DNA of 64,000 bases, from positions 41,512 to 105,511 of the forward strand of contig CAYOJH010000001.1 of NCBI GenBank assembly GCA_964404275.1, given 5' to 3'. The notes beneath the pieces were generated by a model, which was not told where the DNA came from, searched no databases, and saw nothing but the letters and a program-made list of their open reading frames with translations. The stretch is from an uncultured Gammaproteobacteria bacterium. Lineage in GTDB: Bacteria > Patescibacteriota > Patescibacteriia > SG8-24 > DYFX01. Both the position numbers and the translations under genes were made by a program. Below, piece by piece: positions 44,764 to 56,300 of the stretch. Each line of letters begins with the position of its first letter. Within the stretch, counting starts at the first letter, position 1.

Positions 44764-45207
44764 TCAGATATCGAGGAGCTTGACCTGATAGGTCAGGAAG
44801 GGGCAAACAAGCTCGCCGGAAGGAGGCGCGAGGCGGTATTGCGCTTCGCGACCTGTTTCCCGGATGCGCCGCACCGCCTCGATCGCGGCGGAAAACGCCA
44901 CGACCGCGTCGAGCGCCCCGTCCGTCGTGAACTGCGCCAGGACGCAGGGGGCGCCGTTCGAGAGCGACGTGGCGACGGCCGTGTAGACCGTCATATAGAT
45001 CTTGTCCGGCGCGAACGGTTCGAGCAGTTGCTCGTAGCGAGCATTCTCTTCGGGCGACCAGTCAACCCGGTGCTCCCGACGCGCGGTCGCGACATCGCAG
45101 CGCGCCTGCGCGATGGCGTTCTCGATGTCGCGCCCATAGGCCGCGACCGCCTTCCTCCGCGCGGCGTCGGCCAGCTCGTTCTCGTGCTCCTGATCGTTCG
45201 GATGCAT
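44764..45207 (-). CDS. Hypothetical protein (about 147 aa)
   Basis: ORF only; start taken at MHPNDQ; no motif. Confidence 0.35.
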   Translation of the reverse strand: MHPNDQEHENELADAARRKAVAAYGRDIENAIAQARCDVATARREHRVDWSPEENARYEQLLEPFAPDKIYMTVYTAVATSLSNGAPCVLAQFTTDGALDAVVAFSAAIEAVRRIRETGREAQYRLAPPSGELVCPFLTYQVKLLDI

Positions 45208-45278
45208 GGATTCCTCCCCCGCCAGCCTCCGCCGATCGCCGCAATTTGTCAACCCCCATGTGTTAGAATGAAGTCCGT

Positions 45279-46307
45279 ATGCGCGCCGCCGAGTTCGAAT
45301 ACGACCTGCCCGAAAGGCTGATCGCCCAGAAACCCGCTTCGCCGCGCGAGTCGGCCCGGCTTTTGGTGTTGGATCGGATGAAGGATGCGCTCCGGCACCG
45401 GCACGTGCGGGATCTTCCCGAGTTTTTGGAAAAGGGCGACGTGCTCGTCGTGAACGTCAGCAAAGTCTTCAAAGCGCGTCTGACCGGAAAGCTGAACGAT
45501 GCGCGAAAGACGAAGGTCGAGCTGTTCCTCGTCCGTCCCGAAGGGAAATTCTGGCGCGCGCTGGCGAAACCGGGACGCAAACTGGCGCATGGCTCGCTGA
45601 TCAAGATCGCCTCTGGCTTCGTCGCGAGGGTCGAGTGGAAAGACGCGGACGGGTCGATCCTGGTGGATTTCGGACTGAAGAAAGACGAAGTGATCCGGCT
45701 CGCCGACGCGCACGGCGAAGTGCCGCTGCCGCCCTACATCACCCGCAAGCCCAAAACGCCGGCGGAATACCAGACGGTCTACGCGCGGCATGTCGGTTCC
45801 GTCGCCGCGCCGACGGCCGGCTTCCATCTGACGAAACCGTTGATTGCCAAATTGAAAAAGAAGGGCGTGATCTTTTTGGAAGTCACGCTGCACGTCGGCC
45901 TCGGCACCTTCCTGCCGATTCGCGCCGACGACCTCGAGGAGCACACGATGCATGCCGAGTGGGTCGAGATTCCCACCAAGACGGTTAAGGAAATTTTGAA
46001 AGCGAAGATCGAGAAGCGCCGCGTGATCGCCATCGGCACCACGACCGCTCGCGCGCTCGAGGGCGCGGTCCAGCAATGCGGCGGCGAGCTTTGCGCCTGG
46101 CACGGCGACGTGAATCTCTTCATCCGTCCCGGTTTCACATTCCGCGTCATCGACGCGCTCATGACGAATTTCCATCTGCCGAAATCGACGCTGCTCGTGC
46201 TCGTTTCGGCGCTGGCGGGGCGCCCGAAAATCCTCAAGGCGTACAAGGAAGCCGTCAAGAAAAAATACCGCTTCTACAGCTACGGCGACGCGATGCTGAT
46301 CCTCTAG
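45279..46307 (+). CDS. queA: S-adenosylmethionine:tRNA ribosyltransferase-isomerase QueA
   Basis: MRAAEFEYDLPERLIAQKP ... LPPYI ... AAPTAGFHLT ... IAIGTTTARALE, hallmark QueA motifs. 342 aa. Confidence 0.9.
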   Translation: MRAAEFEYDLPERLIAQKPASPRESARLLVLDRMKDALRHRHVRDLPEFLEKGDVLVVNVSKVFKARLTGKLNDARKTKVELFLVRPEGKFWRALAKPGRKLAHGSLIKIASGFVARVEWKDADGSILVDFGLKKDEVIRLADAHGEVPLPPYITRKPKTPAEYQTVYARHVGSVAAPTAGFHLTKPLIAKLKKKGVIFLEVTLHVGLGTFLPIRADDLEEHTMHAEWVEIPTKTVKEILKAKIEKRRVIAIGTTTARALEGAVQQCGGELCAWHGDVNLFIRPGFTFRVIDALMTNFHLPKSTLLVLVSALAGRPKILKAYKEAVKKKYRFYSYGDAMLIL

Positions 46308-46367
46308 AGGTTGACCGCCCGCCGCCCGGATGCTCCAATGGGTTCAGCACCTTGAAAGGAGGCGCCC

Positions 46368-46883
46368 GTGTCGCAAGACGATGATGATCTGAAAAGCGTC
46401 TCCGAGGCCATGGCCGAGTGGGACAATCTTTTGCCGCCGAATCACGGCGGTCGCACGCTCGTGGCCGGACTCCACGCCCTGGAAAGCGGCGAACTCGAAC
46501 ACGCGCCGCTCGAGGGTTCGGACGAAACGGTCGGCGCGACCTGGCTCTCGATCCTGTCTCTCGGAACCGTCGCGAACGGCGCGCTCAAGTATTTCATCTA
46601 TCCCGCCGCGGAAACGAATGAAGACTTGCTCCATCGCGATACGCTCTTGACCGCGATCGAGGACCGGCCCGAGTCCGAAAGCGATCCGATGGCGGTCGTG
46701 GCCGAAACGGTTCCGCCTTCGACCACGCTCGCACTCGCCTACTTCGGCCTGTATCAAGGCGCACGCGCGATCGGCGTCGCTTGGAACCGGCGTTACGATC
46801 GCAGGACGGCGATCGGCCGCCTCAAGCTGGTGATCCGCCGCATCCGCGAAAACGAGGCGGCGGCCGCGAAAGGCGGGAGCTGA
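46368..46883 (+). CDS. Hypothetical protein (171 aa)
   Basis: GTG start with aaaggagg upstream; no motif. Confidence 0.45.
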   Translation: MSQDDDDLKSVSEAMAEWDNLLPPNHGGRTLVAGLHALESGELEHAPLEGSDETVGATWLSILSLGTVANGALKYFIYPAAETNEDLLHRDTLLTAIEDRPESESDPMAVVAETVPPSTTLALAYFGLYQGARAIGVAWNRRYDRRTAIGRLKLVIRRIRENEAAAAKGGS

Positions 46884-46972
46884 TTCCCATCTGAACCGCT
46901 TCGGCGGTTTTTTCGTTTGACGCGCCGGATCCCGCGTGGTGAGCTGCGTGCAGCCCTTTTCCGGAGGTTCCC

Positions 46973-47491
46973 ATGGAAAGGATGACGCCAGAAGCGCTCG
47001 CGCTGTACGCGAACATCGTGTTCGCCGGCGAGCGCGAGCTCGTGAAGTTCAATCTCGTCTATGAGGTGCATAACGGCCTCCTGATCGCCGAGGTGCTCGA
47101 GGGCGACGCCGACGCGGCCACGTCCGAACGGCACATGCTCGCCGCCGCCTTCGCCTGCGCGATGGTCGGAGGCGGCCCGCGCATGCTGGCGAAAGTCTTC
47201 GAGATCGCCGCCGATCCCGACGCCACGATGATGGCCCTCGCGGAACGGATCGACGCCCTGCCGATCGTGATCTCGATGGAGGAGAAGGGCGAGCTGCAGA
47301 TCCAGCAGCGACCGCCCGTCATCGCCGCGGCCTTCGTCGCGGCGCAAGATCCGGACGGCAAGCCTTCCTACCTGCTCTATCGCCATCCCGAAGTCGACCG
47401 CGACCGCGCCATCATCATCCTGAAGGCGGTCCTGCGCGCGGCCGGCAACGCCGCGCTCGAAGCCGATACGCGCAAGTTCAGCGGAAACTAA
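46973..47491 (+). CDS. Hypothetical protein (172 aa)
   Basis: ORF followed by a strong terminator; no motif. Confidence 0.45.
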   Translation: MERMTPEALALYANIVFAGERELVKFNLVYEVHNGLLIAEVLEGDADAATSERHMLAAAFACAMVGGGPRMLAKVFEIAADPDATMMALAERIDALPIVISMEEKGELQIQQRPPVIAAAFVAAQDPDGKPSYLLYRHPEVDRDRAIIILKAVLRAAGNAALEADTRKFSGN

Positions 47492-47492
47492 A

Positions 47493-47521
47493 CCGCCTCG
47501 CGAACCGAGGCGGGTTTTTTA
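47493..47521. terminator. Bidirectional rho-independent terminator between the 46973-47491 gene (+) and tgt (-)
   Basis: Hairpin ccgcctcg-cgaac-cgaggcgg followed by ttttttat. The tgt stop (47519-47521) lies in the T-run. Confidence 0.6.
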
Positions 47522-48673
47522 TTCGACGATCCAGTCCTTCTTGAAGTCGAGGAAACGGTCTTCGAGGATCGCTTTGCGCATTTCGCGCATCAGGTTCAGC
47601 AGGAAGTGCAGATTGTGGAGCGTGCCAAGGCGGAAATAGGCGAGCTCCTCCGCCAGGAACAGATGGCGCAGGTACGCGCGCGTGTAGTGCTTGCACGTGA
47701 AGCAGGCGCATTCCTCGTCGATCGGACGCGTGTCGAGCTCGTGCGCTTTGTTGCCGATCTCGATGCGGTATTTTTTGGAACGCCCGGCCTTGCGGTTGAA
47801 AAGCGCGCCGTTGCGCGCGACGCGCGTCGGCGAAACGCAATCGAACATGTCGGCTCCCCCTTCGACCACGTCGAAGAGATCTTCGGGCGAAAGGCCGACG
47901 CCCATCGTGTAGCGCGCTTTGTCCTCCGGCATCAGATCCTCGATCCAGCCGAGGATCTCGCGCGTTTTTTCCATATTGTAGCCGACCGACTCGCCGCCGA
48001 TCGCGAAACCATCGAAGCCGCGCGAGGCGATGAACTCCGCCGAAGCGCGACGCAGATCTTTATGCACGCCGCCCTGCACGATGCCAAAGAGCTGCTGCGT
48101 GAACGTCGGCGCGTCTTTTTTATCCTTGAACGCTTCGAGGCAGCGGTCCGCCCAGCGATGCGTGCGCTCCATCGCCGCGCGCGCCTCTTCCTCGGAAGCG
48201 CTGTCGGACGTGCATTGGTCGAATGCCATGATCACGTCCGCGCCGAGCTTCTGCTGGATCCGAATCGCCTCTTCCGGCGTGAAGCGATGACTCGAACCGT
48301 CGAGATGCGACTTGAAGGTGACGCCGTCCTCGTCGATCTTCACGAGATTGCCGTGCGCGGATTTCTTCGCGCCCAAAGAAAAAACTTGATAACCGCCCGA
48401 ATCCGTCAAAATCGCGCGGTTCCAATTTTGAAAGGCATGGACGCCGCCGAGCGCTTTGATCGCGTCCTCCCCCGGCCGCAAGTGCAAGTGATACGTATTA
48501 TTCAAAATGATCTGCGCGCCCAACATTTCCATGTCGGCCGCGTCGAGCGCCTTGACCGTCGCCTGCGTGCCGACCGGCATGAAGACCGGCGTCTCGACGT
48601 CGCCATGCGCGGTATGCAAAATGCCCGCGCGGGCGCGCGAGTTTTTATCTTGGTGCTGGAGCGTGAAATTCTT
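47519..48673 (-). CDS. tgt: Queuine tRNA-ribosyltransferase (tRNA-guanine transglycosylase) Tgt
   Basis: RARAGILHTAHGDVETPVFMPVGT ..., LTDSGGYQ, and the zinc site CACFTCKHYTRAYLRHL. 384 aa from MKNFTLQ. Confidence 0.9.
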   Translation of the reverse strand, partial: KNFTLQHQDKNSRARAGILHTAHGDVETPVFMPVGTQATVKALDAADMEMLGAQIILNNTYHLHLRPGEDAIKALGGVHAFQNWNRAILTDSGGYQVFSLGAKKSAHGNLVKIDEDGVTFKSHLDGSSHRFTPEEAIRIQQKLGADVIMAFDQCTSDSASEEEARAAMERTHRWADRCLEAFKDKKDAPTFTQQLFGIVQGGVHKDLRRASAEFIASRGFDGFAIGGESVGYNMEKTREILGWIEDLMPEDKARYTMGVGLSPEDLFDVVEGGADMFDCVSPTRVARNGALFNRKAGRSKKYRIEIGNKAHELDTRPIDEECACFTCKHYTRAYLRHLFLAEELAYFRLGTLHNLHFLLNLMREMRKAILEDRFLDFKKDWIVE

Positions 48674-48858
48674 CATGACGTTCGAGAAGTGAAATGCCAC
48701 TGCAAGCATTCGGCGCATTGATAGACATTCAAGTCCACGCCGTTCTTTTCTTCGGCGTAGGCCTTGGCCTCGAGCGCCTGGCGCTCGGTCTCATAGGCTT
48801 TCTTGGCCGAGGAACACTGGTTCCGACTCATGTCCGGCCTGAGCGGCTGAAATCGCAT
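48673..48858 (-). CDS. Small hypothetical protein (61 aa) immediately upstream of tgt
   Basis: ORF overlapping the tgt start by 4 nt (atga); contains QCAEC. Weak call. Confidence 0.25.
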   Translation of the reverse strand: MRFQPLRPDMSRNQCSSAKKAYETERQALEAKAYAEEKNGVDLNVYQCAECLQWHFTSRTS

Positions 48859-48894
48859 AACGACCCATCTTGGACCAAAAAACGTCCGCGGTCA

Positions 48895-48920
48895 AGACAC
48901 GTCATTCGCGAATGACGTGT
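48895..48920. repeat. Perfect 26-bp palindrome gacacgtcattcgcgaatgacgtgtc (13-bp arms)
   Basis: Read directly; lies just 3' of the ORF6N stop (48920-48922) and is followed on the minus strand by ttttttggtcc. Candidate terminator and/or protein-binding site. Confidence 0.7.
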
Positions 48921-49426
48921 CAAGTCTTGAAACCGATCTCCTCCTTTTTTGAAGGCGGCTCCGCCAAAAGCTGCCGAATGGCGTCGAAGACGATCTTGAA
49001 CTGCTTGTCGTAGCGCTGTTCCAAGACCTCAAGTTTTAAACGAAGATCTGCATTCTCCGCCAGGAATTCGCGCAGCTTGGTAAACGTGCGAATGATCTGA
49101 ATGTTGACCAAGATGGCCCTTGGACTGTTCAAAACGCTCGAAAGCATGGCGACGCCCTGCTCAGTGAAGGCGAGTGGCAATTTACGAAGACCGCCCCAAC
49201 TTGAAGTCACAAATTGTGACTTCAAGTTTTTAAGCTCATCTTGATGCAATTTAAACATAAAATCCTCTGGGAAACGCTCCGCATGGCGCTTCACAGCTTG
49301 ATTCAACACTTTCGTGGAAACGCCATACAAATCGGCCAAATCGCGGTCGAACATGACCTTCCGGCCGCGAAATACGTGGATCTTCTCCGCAATGCGTTCT
49401 GCCGGGACGATGCCATATTGTTCCAT
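48920..49426 (-). CDS. ORF6N-domain protein (KilA-N/ORF6N family, phage antirepressor-like)
   Basis: IVPAERIAEKIHVFRGRKVMFDRDLADLYGVSTKVLNQAVKRHAERFPEDFMFKL is the ORF6N domain signature; C-terminal coiled coil. Start at MEQYGIV. Confidence 0.65.
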   Translation of the reverse strand: MEQYGIVPAERIAEKIHVFRGRKVMFDRDLADLYGVSTKVLNQAVKRHAERFPEDFMFKLHQDELKNLKSQFVTSSWGGLRKLPLAFTEQGVAMLSSVLNSPRAILVNIQIIRTFTKLREFLAENADLRLKLEVLEQRYDKQFKIVFDAIRQLLAEPPSKKEEIGFKT

Positions 49427-49529
49427 ATGGCGCGGTCCTAGCAGAACGCGCGTCATTCATGCAAGAGATTCAAAAAACCGGCCACGATCACATCGCGCGG
49501 TCGAAGCTCGTTTTTTCATGTATACTTGC

Positions 49530-50342
49530 ATGACTATGCCTAGCACTTCTTTCGACTTCCCTAGCGCCATTTTTTTCAGCATCGCTTGGCCTTTCTTGAA
49601 AATACTTCTTATCTTGTTGGTATTTGCCATGGTGCTCGGCCTCCTTACCGGGATTTTTACTTACGGACAGCCGATCCGAAAGGAAAAAAAATCAGGCGGC
49701 ATGGATGACGCGATCATGCTAGGCATGATCATCTCGCATGCGTTGATCGACTTCATCCTGGGAAAATTCCGCAGGGGGAAGGGCGGCGACGGCGGGTGGC
49801 TCGATAATCAAAAAATCCTTGCAATGATGCGAGGCATGCATCCGAGCGAGTTTGAGAAATTCATCGCTGAAATGTTCGCGGCGCTCGGATACGAAACGGA
49901 AGTTGTCGGCGGCAAAAGCGATGGAGGCATCGATATCGAAATGACGAAAGGCGGTCGCCGTTACGTGGTGCAGTGTAAAAAATTCATCACCCGCAAGGTC
50001 AGGCCGACGGACGTGCGGGATTTCTTTGGGGCGATGATCGGTCGAAACGCAGATGGCAAGGGCTTCTTTGTCACAACGAATATTTTTACCACCGAGGCAG
50101 AGTTGTTCGCTGAAGGCAAACCGCTTGAACTCATCGACGGCCTTGAGCTGGTGAGCCTCGTCCGGCAAAACGGCATGCTTGGGAAAATACCGGCCGCGTC
50201 ATCAATACCGGCAGTATCGGCTAAACGAGAATCATGCCCTGCATGCGGGGGTGTGTTAACCGAAAGGGCTAATCGCAACGATGGCAGCAAGTTTCTGGGA
50301 TGCTCAAATTTTCCAAGTTGCCGCTATACGAAATCACTTTAG
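49530..50342 (+). CDS. Membrane-anchored Mrr-like restriction endonuclease (Mrr_cat domain) with C-terminal topoisomerase-type C4 zinc ribbon
   Basis: N-terminal TM (IFFSIAWPFLKILLILLVFAMVLGLL), Mrr_cat core EKFIAEMFAALGYETEVVGGKSDGGIDIEMTKGGRRYVVQCKKF (D-x(n)-D/E-x-K nuclease motif), and C-terminal CPACGG...FLGCSNFPSCR (zf-C4_Topoisom). Confidence 0.7.
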   Translation: MTMPSTSFDFPSAIFFSIAWPFLKILLILLVFAMVLGLLTGIFTYGQPIRKEKKSGGMDDAIMLGMIISHALIDFILGKFRRGKGGDGGWLDNQKILAMMRGMHPSEFEKFIAEMFAALGYETEVVGGKSDGGIDIEMTKGGRRYVVQCKKFITRKVRPTDVRDFFGAMIGRNADGKGFFVTTNIFTTEAELFAEGKPLELIDGLELVSLVRQNGMLGKIPAASSIPAVSAKRESCPACGGVLTERANRNDGSKFLGCSNFPSCRYTKSL

Positions 50343-50344
50343 CG

Positions 50345-50370
50345 AAAAAGAGGCGGAACGCCTCTTTTTT
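50345..50370. terminator. Bidirectional rho-independent terminator between the Mrr-like gene (+) and gpmI (-)
   Basis: aaaaa-gaggcg-gaa-cgcctc-tttttt, symmetric with A/T runs on both sides. Confidence 0.6.
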
Positions 50371-50373
50371 GAT

Positions 50374-51951
50374 TCAGACCAGCGGCCTTCCCGTCATTTC
50401 GTTCGGTTGCGGGATGTTCAGGATTCGTAGAATCGTCGGCGTGACGTCAGAGAGCATGCCGACGGGCGGGCTGAGGCTCAGGTCGCCGCCGACCATTTCC
50501 TGGGCTTCGCCGGCCATGCCTTCGAACTGGCGGCCGACGATGATGAGCGGCACGGGGTAGGTGGAGTGCTCCTTGTCGATCGCGCCGGTCTGGAGATTGA
50601 CGACTTCTTCGGCGTTGCCGTGATCGGCGGTGATCAGCACCACGCCGTTTTTCGCCAGGGTCGCGTCGACGATCTTGCCGATGCACTGGTCGATGACTTC
50701 GGCCGCCTTGACGGTGGCTTTCAAATTGCCGGTGTGGCCGACCATGTCACCGTTCGCGAAGTTCGCGAGGACGACGTCGTACGTCCCGTTGTTGACCTCC
50801 TTCACGATGCGGTCGGCGATCTGCGGCGCGGACATTTCCGGCTGCTGGTCGTACGACGAGACTTTCGGCGACGGGATGATCACGCGGTCTTCGCCCGGGA
50901 ACGGGTCTTCCTTCATGCCGTTCAGGAAGAACGTCACGTGCGCGTATTTTTCCGTTTCGGCGATGTGGAGCTGCTTCATGCCCGCTTCGGAGATGACGCG
51001 GGCCAAGCAGTTCGAAATCGGTTCCGGCGGAAAGGCGACTTGGACCGGCAATTCCTTTTCGTATTCCGTCATCGTGACGAACATCAGGTCGCGCATGTAC
51101 GTCCGGGCGAACTTGTCGAAGGCCGGCAGGGCGAAGGCCTTGGTGATCTCGCGGGCGCGGTCCGGACGGAAATTGAAGAAGATGACGGCGTCGCCGTCTT
51201 CGATTTTCGCGACGGGTTTCCCCTTCTCCGTGATGACCGTCGGAATGAATTCCTCGTCGTAGATTTTTTTCTCGTAGGATTCCTTGATCGCCCGGAGCGG
51301 GTTGTCGCTCATGACGTCGGCCTGGCCCTCGGCCATGGCGCGATAGGCTTTCTCGACGCGGTCCCAGCGATTGTCGCGATCCATCGCGTAGAAGCGCCCG
51401 GCCAAGGTGGCGATCTTGCCGACGCCGTTCTGCTTCATGCGCGCTTGGACGGTGGTCACGAAGTCGATGCCGGCGTTAAAGGTGGTGTCGCGGCCGTCGA
51501 GAATCGCGTGCAGGTACGTTTCTTTCACGTTCTGCGCTTTGGCGAGATCGAGCAGCGCCAGAAGATGGTCGAGCGAAGCGTGCACGTTGCCGATCGACGT
51601 CAGGCCGAGCAGGTGCAGCTTCGATTTCTTTTCCTTCACGTGTGTGATCGCCTCGAGGAACACGGCGTTCTGCGCGAACTCGCCGCTCTGGATCGCGCGG
51701 TTGATGCGCGGCAGGCTCTGGTAGTAGACCTTGCCGGCGCCGATCGTCAGGTGGCCGACTTCCGAGTTGCCCATCTCGCCCCACATCAAGCCGGCCTCTT
51801 CGCCGGAAGCGAGGATCGTCATGGCCGGATAGTTCGAAGCGAGCGCGCGGATACGCGGCGTGTCGGCCATGGCGAGCGCGTTGCCCTGGTCCGGAGGCGC
51901 GACGCCCCAGCCATCGAGAATCAGCAGCACGAGGGGTTTCGGGGTTGGCAT
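50374..51951 (-). CDS. gpmI: 2,3-bisphosphoglycerate-independent phosphoglycerate mutase (iPGM, GpmI), copy A
   Basis: PLVLLILDGWGVAP ... SEVGHLTIGAGKV ..., metal-site motifs and C-terminal ADHGNAEE. Start at MPTPKP (51951); an upstream ATG at 51993 is possible. Confidence 0.85.
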   Translation of the reverse strand: MPTPKPLVLLILDGWGVAPPDQGNALAMADTPRIRALASNYPAMTILASGEEAGLMWGEMGNSEVGHLTIGAGKVYYQSLPRINRAIQSGEFAQNAVFLEAITHVKEKKSKLHLLGLTSIGNVHASLDHLLALLDLAKAQNVKETYLHAILDGRDTTFNAGIDFVTTVQARMKQNGVGKIATLAGRFYAMDRDNRWDRVEKAYRAMAEGQADVMSDNPLRAIKESYEKKIYDEEFIPTVITEKGKPVAKIEDGDAVIFFNFRPDRAREITKAFALPAFDKFARTYMRDLMFVTMTEYEKELPVQVAFPPEPISNCLARVISEAGMKQLHIAETEKYAHVTFFLNGMKEDPFPGEDRVIIPSPKVSSYDQQPEMSAPQIADRIVKEVNNGTYDVVLANFANGDMVGHTGNLKATVKAAEVIDQCIGKIVDATLAKNGVVLITADHGNAEEVVNLQTGAIDKEHSTYPVPLIIVGRQFEGMAGEAQEMVGGDLSLSPPVGMLSDVTPTILRILNIPQPNEMTGRPLV

Positions 51952-51993
51952 AGCTTCCAAAGTGTAGCTTCCGAAGGCCTTTTTTTCAAGCAT

Positions 51994-52017
51994 GAAAAAA
52001 ACCGCTGGATCAGCGGT
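51994..52017 (-). terminator. Rho-independent terminator after the 52017-52523 gene
   Basis: Hairpin accgctggatcagcggt overlapping the stop, preceded on the plus strand by aaaaaaa (a T-run on the minus strand). Confidence 0.5.
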
Positions 52018-52523
52018 TATGCGTCCCGATCGTCCCGAATGAAGATCGCGGGCTGCGTCTCGAGTAGCCGCCCGATCGTGAGCGACTTCTTGTCGTAGGC
52101 GCGGAGGTTCTCGGCGTTCAGCTTGACGCCGTGCCGCATGACCAGGCGTTCGTCGGTACCGGCCTGGGCCAGAAAGGCCGGCAGGTTGTGGATCATTTCC
52201 ATCATCGGCATGCGCATTTGCGTGTGCGCTTCCGTCGCCATCTCGAGCATCTCTTCCAGCGGGAACGGCAGCTGTTCGGCCGGCGTGGCCTCGAGCATCT
52301 TCTTAATGAAGCCCTGGTCGAGCATATGCTCGAGAATCGCGAGCTTGGCCTCCATGAGCGACGAAAGCGTGACGGTCTTGCCGAGGTGATCGGCCAGCAG
52401 TCCGGGCAGCGCGGCCGCCAGCTCGCGGATGACCGGAACGGCTTGTTCGGGGATTTCGCTCATGAATGCGGCGTCGTTCTCGAGCGCCTTCCAGATCTTC
52501 TTCGCATCGGGCTTCGTTGCCAT
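52017..52523 (-). CDS. Hypothetical protein (168 aa) between the two gpmI paralogs
   Basis: ORF with own terminator; helical, Met/Glu-rich; no motif. Confidence 0.45.
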   Translation of the reverse strand: MATKPDAKKIWKALENDAAFMSEIPEQAVPVIRELAAALPGLLADHLGKTVTLSSLMEAKLAILEHMLDQGFIKKMLEATPAEQLPFPLEEMLEMATEAHTQMRMPMMEMIHNLPAFLAQAGTDERLVMRHGVKLNAENLRAYDKKSLTIGRLLETQPAIFIRDDRDA

Positions 52524-52582
52524 CGCAATCCTCCTCGCGCCGAGGTATATCGCGAAAACGCCGACCCGTCAAGGTCGGCGTT

Positions 52583-55449
<2,867 letters not shown>

Positions 55450-55466
55450 CGAAGCCGAGGGATCTG

Positions 55467-56279
55467 CTACGGAAGAATTTCGTAATTGACGCTCACGTCG
55501 ACGATCACGTCCTGCGAACCGGATTCGACCGAGGGCGAGACGGCTCCCCCGCCCATGCCCATCGCCGCCTTGTCGAAGTAGATCGGCGAGGGCGCGCCGC
55601 CGTAGCTCTCGGTGAAGCCGACGACCTTGCCGAGCTTCACGCCGGCCGCAGCCGCGATTTGCTGCGCCTTCTTTTTGGCGCTTTCGAGCGCCTGGAGACG
55701 CGCCTGCTGTCGGAGATCTTCGGGATTATCGATCGTGAACGAGACGCCGCCGACCGTGTTGGCGCCGAGCGCGCCAGCGGCCGCCAGGACGTCGCCGATC
55801 TTCGAAAGGTCGCGGATCTTCACGTCGATCGACTGCTGCACCTGGTAGCCGCGGTCGACCTGCTTGCCATTCACGTAATCGTATTGCGGATAGATCGTGT
55901 AGTTGCTGGTCTGGATGTCCTCGGGCGCGACGCCGAAGCTTTTGACCTTGTCGATGATGGCGTTCATCTTGGCCGTGTTGTCTTTCTGCGCCGCGGACAC
56001 TTCCTTGTTCTCGGTCTGCACGCCGATCGAGACGGTCGCGATGTCGGGCAGCGCCTTGACCTTGCCCTCGGCGTTGATCGCGATCGTGTCGCGCTGGCCG
56101 CTCGGACGCCCGATGTACTGGTTCTGCTTGGCGGCGTTGGCGGCCAGGATCGCGAGGTACGCGATGCCGACGACGATCAGCGCGCCCTTCAATCCCTTCA
56201 AGCCGCGGCGCCGACCGGAAGAACCGCCGCCGTTGCCGCAGCCTCCTCCGTTTCCGCATCCGCACATGTTGCCTTCCAT
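55467..56279 (-). CDS. SIMPL-domain protein (DUF541, periplasmic immunogenic-protein-like) with Cys/Gly-rich N-terminus
   Basis: N-terminal MEGNMCGCGNGGGCGNGGG, then TM, then the SIMPL-like body (TVSIGVQTENKEVSAAQKDNTAKMNAII...). Confidence 0.65.
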   Translation of the reverse strand: MEGNMCGCGNGGGCGNGGGSSGRRRGLKGLKGALIVVGIAYLAILAANAAKQNQYIGRPSGQRDTIAINAEGKVKALPDIATVSIGVQTENKEVSAAQKDNTAKMNAIIDKVKSFGVAPEDIQTSNYTIYPQYDYVNGKQVDRGYQVQQSIDVKIRDLSKIGDVLAAAGALGANTVGGVSFTIDNPEDLRQQARLQALESAKKKAQQIAAAAGVKLGKVVGFTESYGGAPSPIYFDKAAMGMGGGAVSPSVESGSQDVIVDVSVNYEILP

Positions 56280-56300
56280 AGTGGTGAGTGATGATGAATC

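Larger units (their letters stand above)
48860..50372. mobile_element. Small low-GC islet (about 50% GC vs about 67% flanks) carrying an ORF6N-domain gene and an Mrr-type restriction endonuclease; probable horizontally acquired accessory module
   Basis: Compositional drop visible by eye (AT-rich stretches such as aagtttttaagctcatcttgatgcaatttaaacataaaatcc). Bounded by tgt and gpmI, with palindromes at its left end. No integrase or transposase seen. Confidence 0.35.
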
